From: Andreprevotia sp. IGB-42
GTDB taxonomy: Bacteria > Pseudomonadota > Gammaproteobacteria > Burkholderiales > Chitinibacteraceae
Length of the DNA stretch: 32,000 nt
Assembly: GCF_009848685.1 (NCBI RefSeq)
Contig: NZ_WXTX01000012.1
Coordinates: 63,744 to 95,743 of the forward strand
Direction of reading: 5' to 3'
Position numbers and translations under genes: made by a program. A model generated the notes under the pieces. It was not told the origin of the DNA, did no database searches, and worked only from the letters and a program-made list of their open reading frames with translations. Positions 9,638 to 16,221 of this stretch are shown here, one piece after another (positions within the stretch are counted from its first letter, which is position 1; each line of letters starts with the position of its first letter).

Positions 9638-9823
9638 GGCTATTGACGTGGCGCGAATGCTAACTGGAGAATTACAGATCCACAACATCTAAAAAATCAA
9701 TGCGTGCATTTTGTTTCCGTTCGGTAACAATGTGCAGACCAACGGTTGTTACAGCACCCTGTTTTCGGCAAGTATGCACCTAGCATCACCCTCTAAACCT
9801 CTAGAAGCAAACACTTAAATATC

Positions 9824-10807
9824 ATGCAGTTAGACGCGCTACTCTCACCCGTATCAGAAGCCAATCCGACCGGGCCCAACCTGGAATATTCGCCTGACTT
9901 CATGGAAATCGAGGCGTCAGCTCAGGAGACGCCGGAGCAGCAGTTCGGTGATGTGATCATCGCGGCAACCCCGCCTGACTGGAACCGCATTGCTGAAAAC
10001 TGTCAGCAGATATTCAGCAAGACCAAGGATCTGCGCGTTGCGGTGATCCTGTGTCGCGCGTTGGTTTTCAAACAGGGGCTGCTGGGTTTGCAACAAGGCT
10101 TGTCGCTGGTTGCCGGTCTGGTCGAACGCTATTGGGCGGACCTGCACCCCGAGCTGGAGGACGGCGACGCAACCTTTCGCATGAATGCGATCTCCTCGCT
10201 GGCTAGCCCGGATTTCTTACTGAAGGAATTGCGCCGCGCGGTGTTCTTCCACAGCAAGGGTGCGCAGCCGATCCGCGTCTTCGAGGTGGAGGCGCTATTC
10301 ACGCCGGGTGCCAGTACCGAGCTCACCGAGGGCGAGCTGCATCTGCAGCTCAATAGCCAGCCAGAGGGCCTGGCCGCACTGCGCGAGCAGTTCGGCCACA
10401 GCCTGCAGGCAGTGGAACAGATCAAGGCTTGCCTGTCCGAGCAGGCGCCGGAACATCAGAACGCGCTGGAGCAACTGGCGCAGTTACTGATGCGTTTACA
10501 ACACAAACTGCCGGATTCGGGCGCCGCCACTGAGCAACTGACAGACGGTGACATCGAAACATCCAGCGAGACAACAGATGTGATTGCCGTCACATCCACC
10601 CCGGGGGTCATACGCTCCAGGGCTGATGTGGAGCGGCAACTCGAGGCGATATGCAGCTATCTTGAGCGGGTTGAGCCGAGTAACCCCGCTCCGCTGCTGC
10701 TGCGCCGTGCGCAAAAAGTGCTGACGATGGACTTCATGGATATCATCCGTGAGCTGACACCAGACAGCGTTGGTCATATAGAAATGCTGGCTGGCATTAA
10801 CCGCTAA
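9824..10807 (+). CDS. tssA: T6SS protein TssA (ImpA_N domain, short TssA1-like form)
   Basis: 327 aa. It has an ImpA_N signature at the N-terminus (LLSPVSEANPTGPNLEYSPDFMEIE) and a conserved C-terminal block (YLERVEPSNPAPLLLRRAQKVLTMDFMDIIRELTPD). It lies directly upstream of tssB. Confidence 0.85.
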   Translation: MQLDALLSPVSEANPTGPNLEYSPDFMEIEASAQETPEQQFGDVIIAATPPDWNRIAENCQQIFSKTKDLRVAVILCRALVFKQGLLGLQQGLSLVAGLVERYWADLHPELEDGDATFRMNAISSLASPDFLLKELRRAVFFHSKGAQPIRVFEVEALFTPGASTELTEGELHLQLNSQPEGLAALREQFGHSLQAVEQIKACLSEQAPEHQNALEQLAQLLMRLQHKLPDSGAATEQLTDGDIETSSETTDVIAVTSTPGVIRSRADVERQLEAICSYLERVEPSNPAPLLLRRAQKVLTMDFMDIIRELTPDSVGHIEMLAGINR

Positions 10808-10848
10808 ACCGAAGCACCGAGTGAAGTAATCCAACAGAGGACCGCAAG

Positions 10849-11376
10849 ATGGCAAGCAACAGCGCCCAGAAATTCATTGCCCGTAACCGGGCTCCACGTG
10901 TGCAGATCGAGTACGACGTAGAGGTTTACGGCTCGGAAAAGAAAATCCAGCTGCCGTTCATCATGGGCGTGCTGTCGGATCTGGCCGGCAAATCTGCAGA
11001 AGACCTGCCGCCGCTGTCAGAGCGCAAGTTCTTGGAAATCGACGTCGACAACTTCGACAACCGCATGCAGTCGATGCGCCCGCGTGCCGCGTTCCGCGTG
11101 GACAACGTCCTGACCAACGATGGCGAGCTGTCAGTGGATCTGACGTTCTCCAACATCAATGATTTCTCGCCGGCTGCCGCTGCCCAGCAGATCGAACCGC
11201 TGCGCAAGCTGCTGGATGCCCGTCAGCAACTGTCCAACCTGCTGACCTACATGGACGGCAAGAACGGCGCGGAAACGCTGATCGCCGATTTGCTGAGCGA
11301 CCCAACCCTGCTGGCCACGCTGTCCGCCTCCGCCAAGCCGCAAGCCGCGGCAGGTGAAGCCCCCGGCGAAGGCTGA
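10849..11376 (+). CDS. tssB: T6SS contractile sheath small subunit TssB (VipA)
   Basis: 175 aa. It carries the signature PRVQIEYDVEVYGSEKKIQLPFIMGVLSDLAG and is followed by tssC. Confidence 0.95.
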   Translation: MASNSAQKFIARNRAPRVQIEYDVEVYGSEKKIQLPFIMGVLSDLAGKSAEDLPPLSERKFLEIDVDNFDNRMQSMRPRAAFRVDNVLTNDGELSVDLTFSNINDFSPAAAAQQIEPLRKLLDARQQLSNLLTYMDGKNGAETLIADLLSDPTLLATLSASAKPQAAAGEAPGEG

Positions 11377-11427
11377 ACCGGCACTGGCCGGTACGGCATT
11401 GGATAGTCATAGAGATCAAGGGACATC

Positions 11428-12936
11428 ATGAGCAGCGAACTTCTTCTAGAGCAACCCGGCGCGGGTGCCACGCAAAACGAACAGGCTGATAACGCTTTTT
11501 ATCAACTGTTGCAAAAGGAATTCCGCCCCAAATCCGACGAAGCGCGCAGCGCCGTCGAGAACGCGGTACGTACACTGGCCGAGCAGGCGCTGGGCCAGAC
11601 CAGCCTGATCGGTAGCGATGCCATCCGCACCATCGAAGCGATGGTGGCGGAGCTGGACCGCAAACTGTCGGCACAGATGAACCTCATCATTCATCACCCG
11701 GATTACCAGGCACTGGAATCGGCGTGGCGCGGCCTGCATTACCTCGTGAACAACACCGAAACCGACGAAATGCTCAAGATCAAGGTGTTGAGCATTTCCA
11801 AGAGCGAGCTGCATCGCAACCTGCGCCGCTACAAGGGTACATCGTGGGATCAGAGCCCGTTCTTCAAGCGCATTTACGAAGAAGAATATGGCCAGTTCGG
11901 TGGTGAGCCGTTCGGCTGCCTGGTAGGCGACTACTACTTCGACCACACCCCGGTTGACGTTGAGCTGCTGCGTGAAATCGCCCGCACCGCTGCGGCCTCG
12001 CACTGCCCGTTCATCACCGGCGCCTCGCCTGCTTCCATGCAGATGGAATCGTGGCAAGAGCTGGCCAACCCGCGCGATCTGACCAAGATTTTCCAGACGC
12101 CGGAATACGCTGCCTGGCGCTCGCTGCGCGAATCGGAAGATGCGCGCTACCTGGGCCTGGCCATGCCACGCTTCCTGGCCCGGCTGCCATACGGTGTAAA
12201 AACCAACCCGGTGGACGAGTTCGATTTTGAAGAAGATACCGCCGGCGCCGCACACGAGCGCTACAGCTGGGCCAACTCGGCCTATGCCATGGCGGTCAAC
12301 ATCAACCGTTCGTTCAAGTACTACGGCTGGTGCACCCGCATCCGCGGTGTGGAATCGGGCGGCGCGGTAGAGAACCTGCCCAGCCATACCTTCCCGACCG
12401 ACGATGGCGGCGTGGACATGAAGTGCCCGACCGAAATCGCCATTTCGGATCGCCGCGAAGCAGAGCTGGCCAAGAATGGCTTCATGCCGCTGCTGCATCG
12501 CAAGAACTCGGATCTGGCGGCATTCATCGGCGCGCAGTCGCTGCAAAAGCCGACCGAATACATGGATCCGGATGCAACCGCGAACGCCAATCTGGCTGCA
12601 CGCCTGCCTTACCTGTTTGCGGTGTGCCGTTTTGCGCATTACCTCAAGTGCATCGTGCGTGACAAGATCGGCTCGTTTACCAGCCGCGATGAAATGCAGC
12701 GCTGGCTGAACGATTGGGTTCTGAATTATGTGGATGGTGATCCGCAAAATTCGTCCGAATCGGTCAAGGCTGAAAAACCGCTGGCATCCGCTGAAGTACA
12801 GGTTGAAGAAGTGGAAGGCAACCCAGGCTACTACTCGGCCAAGTTCTTCTTGCGTCCGCACTATCAGCTGGAAGGCTTGACCGTATCGTTGCGCCTGGTC
12901 TCCAAGCTGCCATCGGTCAAGAACGGGGGCAGCTGA
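11428..12936 (+). CDS. tssC: T6SS contractile sheath large subunit TssC (VipB)
   Basis: 502 aa. TssC-typical blocks are present: IHHPDYQALESAWRGLHYLV, LGLAMPRFLARLPYG, GVESGGAVENLP, and the C-terminal FFLRPHYQLEGL. Confidence 0.95.
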   Translation: MSSELLLEQPGAGATQNEQADNAFYQLLQKEFRPKSDEARSAVENAVRTLAEQALGQTSLIGSDAIRTIEAMVAELDRKLSAQMNLIIHHPDYQALESAWRGLHYLVNNTETDEMLKIKVLSISKSELHRNLRRYKGTSWDQSPFFKRIYEEEYGQFGGEPFGCLVGDYYFDHTPVDVELLREIARTAAASHCPFITGASPASMQMESWQELANPRDLTKIFQTPEYAAWRSLRESEDARYLGLAMPRFLARLPYGVKTNPVDEFDFEEDTAGAAHERYSWANSAYAMAVNINRSFKYYGWCTRIRGVESGGAVENLPSHTFPTDDGGVDMKCPTEIAISDRREAELAKNGFMPLLHRKNSDLAAFIGAQSLQKPTEYMDPDATANANLAARLPYLFAVCRFAHYLKCIVRDKIGSFTSRDEMQRWLNDWVLNYVDGDPQNSSESVKAEKPLASAEVQVEEVEGNPGYYSAKFFLRPHYQLEGLTVSLRLVSKLPSVKNGGS

Positions 12937-12970
12937 CACCAGGGGAAACATAACCAGTCCTGATGGTCAT

Positions 12971-12998
12971 GAGGAATGCGGCGCAAGCTGCGTTCCTC
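12971..12998 (+). other. 12-bp stem / GCAA (GNRA) tetraloop hairpin 35 nt after the tssC stop
   Basis: gaggaatgcggc-gcaa-gctgcgttcctc. The pairing includes two G.U wobbles. No U-tract follows, so it looks like an mRNA-stabilising or processing hairpin rather than a canonical intrinsic terminator. Confidence 0.4.
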
Positions 12999-13099
12999 AG
13001 CCCTGACCAGAACATCCGTTTATTCATTTCCGTTTCAAAAATGCTGCATTCCGCCGGGATGCCGCTTGGCAGTCTGCGCGCATCATGCCGGATGAATAA

Positions 13100-13115
13100 C
13101 CATATCAGGATATGG
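13100..13115. promoter_or_regulatory. Perfect palindrome CCATATC-AG-GATATGG upstream of hcp
   Basis: Read directly. It lies 126-141 nt upstream of the hcp ATG, in an AT-richer stretch (ggttaatttaatttcatg) of the 304-bp tssC-hcp spacer. It is a candidate operator. Confidence 0.3.
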
Positions 13116-13240
13116 TTAATTTAATTTCATGCACATTGGCCGCTGCTTTGACCAATTGCATTTTCAACCCGGAATCACATTAATGATTCCTATGTTTGAT
13201 GTACCGCAGCAACGTCGCTGTACTTTAAAAGGAGCAGTAA

Positions 13241-13726
13241 ATGGCAAGTGATATTTTCCTGAAGATTGACGGCATCGATGGCGAATCCAAAGATGACAAG
13301 CATGCCAATGAAATCGAAGTACATTCGGTTCAGTGGAACATGAGCCAGGGTGCTTCGATGCATGCCGGTACCGGTGGCGGCGCAGGCAAGGTCAGCATTG
13401 ACGACCTGGTCATCACGCACGCAATCGACAAGTCCAGCCCGATCCTGATGCAGACCTGCATGAGCGGCAAACACATTGCCAAGGCTGTGCTGACCGTGCG
13501 TAAAGCAGGCGAAAAGCCGCTGGATTACTACAAGATCACCATGACAGACGTGATGATCTCCAGCGTTGCACCGGCTGGTGCAAACACCGGCAGCGGCTTG
13601 GTCGAAACCGTGGGCCTGGCATTCTCCAAGGTGAAGATCGAGTACCAACCGCAGGGTGCAGATGGTGCAGCCAGCGGCGGTGCCGTGGTTACCGAGTGGG
13701 ACATCAAAGCCAACAAGAAGGTTTGA
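13241..13726 (+). CDS. hcp: T6SS inner tube protein Hcp
   Basis: 161 aa. It opens with the classic Hcp1 sequence MASDIFLKIDGIDGESKDDKHANEIEVHSVQW. A strong RBS (aaaggag) lies 7 nt upstream. Confidence 0.95.
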   Translation: MASDIFLKIDGIDGESKDDKHANEIEVHSVQWNMSQGASMHAGTGGGAGKVSIDDLVITHAIDKSSPILMQTCMSGKHIAKAVLTVRKAGEKPLDYYKITMTDVMISSVAPAGANTGSGLVETVGLAFSKVKIEYQPQGADGAASGGAVVTEWDIKANKKV

Positions 13727-13735
13727 TGCGTGCAA

Positions 13736-13765
13736 CTGGTCCGGGCTTGCCCGGGCCAGTTTTTA
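13736..13765 (+). terminator. Rho-independent terminator after hcp
   Basis: ctggtccggg-cttg-cccgggccag followed by tttttaa. The GC-rich stem is 10 bp with one U.G pair. It starts 10 nt after the hcp stop codon. Confidence 0.65.
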
Positions 13766-14297
13766 ATTGCGAATGAATGAACCGATCAATTTTGGGAATA
13801 CCTGTTTTGCAAGCCTATCCTTTCCCGCACCGGAACAATATGCAATGGCCAGCAGCAATGCCGCGCCCGCAATTGTTCAAGGACATTGACGGGCGTGATT
13901 CAGGCGGCAATCCAGTGCATGGAAAAACGGGTAGCGCATGCGCGGCCAATTGCACACTGCGAGCCGGCGGCATTGTTCCAAGCCCAGCCGCTGTAAAGTT
14001 AACCAAGAAAGAAGCGACGCAACGGCGACCGAACCTGCGCAAGCTGACAAAATTTCCGTCATTGCCTGTCTGCCAGGCGATGCCGGCAGCATCGCGCAAC
14101 GAGTACCCGGCCAAGCATGGCCTGATGTTGCGTTACCGAAGTACACCACGACAGATTGGCACAGCCGATTGCAAGCAGCCATACCAGCGCGCCGGATCAG
14201 GCAGCGCAATGCCTTGGCAAAATCGCGCTGGCAGTCACCCTTTACCCCGGCGCAGCGCTGAGCGCGCGCCTCAACGATTCAGCATGCAGAGCCAGAC

Positions 14298-15131
14298 ATG
14301 ACCACATTGACCCCCGCCCAGGAAAGCATCGACAAGCTGATCAAGCAAGGCGAGCTGGAGCAAGCCCTGAACCAGATTCAGGATGTGGTACGCAATGCAC
14401 CGTCGTATCCGCCGCACCGCGTGGTGCTGATACAACTGCTGCTGGCATTAGGCCAGTGGGATCGTGCCGAGAAACAACTGCAGCAACTGGAACAGACCGA
14501 CCGCGAGTACACGCGCTTTTGCCAGACTTACCTGGGTGCGCTGCGCGGCGAGCGCCAGCGTCTGGCCGTATTTCAGGGTGATGCCGCACCGCAAATGGGC
14601 GACGAGCCACCGCAATGGCTGGTGATGCAGATCAATGCATTCCTGATGGAGCGCACCAAGGCGCATCGCGCAGCGGTGACCGAACGCCAGCATGCCGCCG
14701 AATCAGCCCCGGCTGTCCGTGGCGAGGTGGATGGCACCCCATTTGAATGGCTGGCCGATGCCGACCCGCGACTGGGCCCGGTGGTCGAAGCCATGCTCGA
14801 CGGCCAATACCATTGGCTGCAGCAGAGCGACATCCGCCAGATCGACTTTTTTGCCACGCAAACTTTGATGGATCTGATCTGGCGCCAGGCCACCATCACC
14901 ACGCACGATGGCGTGGCCCACCCGGCACTCATTCCGGCCCGCTACCCGGAATCGCCCAATGCGGATGCGCGCTATGCACTGTGCCGCGCCACGGATTGGC
15001 TGAACGTGGGTAGTGACGGCTGGCAAGGCATCGGGCAGCGCGTACTGGGTACAGAAGAAGCAGAATACGGGCTGCTGGACATCAAGCTGATCCGCTTCGA
15101 GAACAACAAACAAACGGGGGACACTGAATAA
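14298..15131 (+). CDS. tagJ: T6SS accessory protein TagJ (ImpE/SciE family, TPR-like N-terminus)
   Basis: 277 aa. By eye it aligns along its length with my recollection of P. aeruginosa TagJ1: GQWDRAEKQL, DGTPFEWLADADPRLGPVVEAMLDGQYHWL, LIPARYPES. It follows hcp, the same position as in the H1-T6SS. Confidence 0.8.
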   Translation: MTTLTPAQESIDKLIKQGELEQALNQIQDVVRNAPSYPPHRVVLIQLLLALGQWDRAEKQLQQLEQTDREYTRFCQTYLGALRGERQRLAVFQGDAAPQMGDEPPQWLVMQINAFLMERTKAHRAAVTERQHAAESAPAVRGEVDGTPFEWLADADPRLGPVVEAMLDGQYHWLQQSDIRQIDFFATQTLMDLIWRQATITTHDGVAHPALIPARYPESPNADARYALCRATDWLNVGSDGWQGIGQRVLGTEEAEYGLLDIKLIRFENNKQTGDTE

Positions 15132-15553
15132 TGGCCGAAGCACTGAATGAAACCGCAACACGCATCATCGCTGCCTGCGAGCAGAACTGGGATGCCTGGA
15201 AAAACGATTGCAGCGGCTTTCTGAAAGCAGTCGGCGCAACCCTGGGCGTTGCGCTGCAAGGCAATGCCAACGCCATCGGCACTTACCTGGAAACCGCTGC
15301 CGATTGGCAAAACCTCGGCAGCGACCTCGCCACCGCACAACTGCGCGCCAACAACGGCATGTTCGTCGTGGGCGCACTCAATACCCGTGGTCATGGGCAC
15401 GTGGTGGTGGTGGTTGCCACCGATACGCCGCACCCCTACCCGGTGGCCTACTGGGGCACGTTTGGCGCCGCTGGCCGCAAGAATGCCACCATCAACTACA
15501 GCTGGCGTGCCAGCGATCTGGCCAACGTCAAGTTCTACGCCCGTCCGCTATGA
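15131..15553 (+). CDS. tae1: Tae1 (Tse1)-family T6SS peptidoglycan amidase effector (papain-like Cys/His)
   Basis: 140 aa. By eye it is co-linear with my recollection of P. aeruginosa Tse1 (PA1844). KNDCSGFLKAVGATLGVALQGNANAI matches KDNCSGFVQSVAAELGVPMPRGNANAM. GMFVVGALNTRGHGHVVVVV matches GFLVIAGLKGRTYGHVAVVI. YPVAYWGTFGAAG matches YPMCWCGSIAGAVG. The putative catalytic residues are C27 and H90. The start overlaps the tagJ stop (TAATG). Confidence 0.85.
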   Translation: MAEALNETATRIIAACEQNWDAWKNDCSGFLKAVGATLGVALQGNANAIGTYLETAADWQNLGSDLATAQLRANNGMFVVGALNTRGHGHVVVVVATDTPHPYPVAYWGTFGAAGRKNATINYSWRASDLANVKFYARPL

Positions 15554-15978
15554 GCCAGACTGCCACGCTGTTTGCCTTGCTGTTCGCCGCGTTCTGGTCA
15601 CCCTGGGCGGTTGCGGATTGCCAATTGCAGGAAGCCACGCCAGCCGTGCTGGCCGAACTGGCCGGCGGCGTCACGCTGGAAGGCAGTGACGACAATGCCG
15701 AAGCCCCGCTCTGGCTGGGCCCGGTGCGCACGCCTGCCTGCACGCTGGAGCCGGAATTGTTCCGCGGCCCGCTGGCCACCGCGCAGGGCCGCTACCTGTT
15801 CCTGATCCGCACCAGCGGCAGTGAACAGCAACTGGCGCAGTACGATCTGCAACAATGCAAGCTGATCTGGCAAAGCAAGCCGCAATTCGGCGCTGCAAGG
15901 CTACTGAAAGACGGCTACCAGATTGGCAAGAAGCGCTTACGCTTCGACCCGCAGTGCCGGCCACGCAAAACATCATGA
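15550..15978 (+). CDS. tai1: Tsi1/Tai1-like periplasmic immunity protein for the Tae1 amidase
   Basis: 142 aa from the ATG at 15550, which forms an ATGA overlap with the tae1 stop. It has a signal peptide MSQTATLFALLFAAFWSPWAVA. By eye it resembles remembered Tsi1 (PA1845): VADCQLQE vs AADCTFTQ, and QGRYLFLIRTSGSEQQLAQYDLQQCKLIW vs DGRRVLMHEFSGSSAELVSYDSATCKVVH. The listed ORF 15208..15978 is this frame extended backwards through tae1. Confidence 0.8.
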   Translation: MSQTATLFALLFAAFWSPWAVADCQLQEATPAVLAELAGGVTLEGSDDNAEAPLWLGPVRTPACTLEPELFRGPLATAQGRYLFLIRTSGSEQQLAQYDLQQCKLIWQSKPQFGAARLLKDGYQIGKKRLRFDPQCRPRKTS

Positions 15979-16026
15979 ACAAGCGCGTGCCACCACAACC
16001 CCGCGCCATATCGGCGAGGCATGCCG

Positions 16027-16050
16027 CTGCGGATGCCATTGCATCCGCAG
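16027..16050 (+). other. Perfect 10-bp stem / 4-nt loop hairpin in the tai1-vgrG spacer
   Basis: ctgcggatgc-catt-gcatccgcag, read directly. No U-tract follows. It lies 49 nt after the tai1 stop and 172 nt before the vgrG start. Confidence 0.45.
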
Positions 16051-16221
16051 CCAGCGCCAACCGTGCAGCGGCCAACCTGGGCATGCCACGGCACGCAGCC
16101 CCCTGCCCTGCCACGCAGGCGCGGCAGCTCGATCATCGTTTCATTGCGCACCCTCGGCCAGCCCGGGCAGCGCAACCCCATCCTAACCGTGTGACGTCTT
16201 CCGCAAAATCCGGGATCCTAC

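Noticed and set aside
13067-13081. Sigma54-like TGGCAGTCTGCGCGC upstream of hcp
   Set aside because: The GG-N10-GC spacing is correct, but the -12 element lacks the TTGC consensus (GCGC instead). It is too weak to call from sequence alone.
14157-14173. Sigma54 promoter call for TGGCACAGCCGATTGCA upstream of tagJ
   Set aside because: Both half-sites are perfect, but the GG-to-GC spacing is 11 nt rather than the strictly conserved 10. It is therefore not annotated as a feature and is only mentioned as a caveat-laden candidate.
13777-14301. 174-aa + strand ORF, plus 99-aa and 110-aa minus-strand ORFs, filling the hcp-tagJ gap
   Set aside because: The sequences look like translated non-coding DNA (Arg/Pro/Cys-rich; 9 Cys in the 110-aa ORF). 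There is no RBS context, third-position GC is mediocre, and no motif is recognisable. The region is treated as non-coding or decayed and reported as a finding instead.
15208-15549. N-terminal 114-codon extension of the tai1 frame (ORF 15208..15978, 256 aa)
   Set aside because: The extension lies entirely inside tae1 in another frame and reads as Arg-rich junk. The ATG at 15550 gives a clean signal peptide and an ATGA coupling to tae1.
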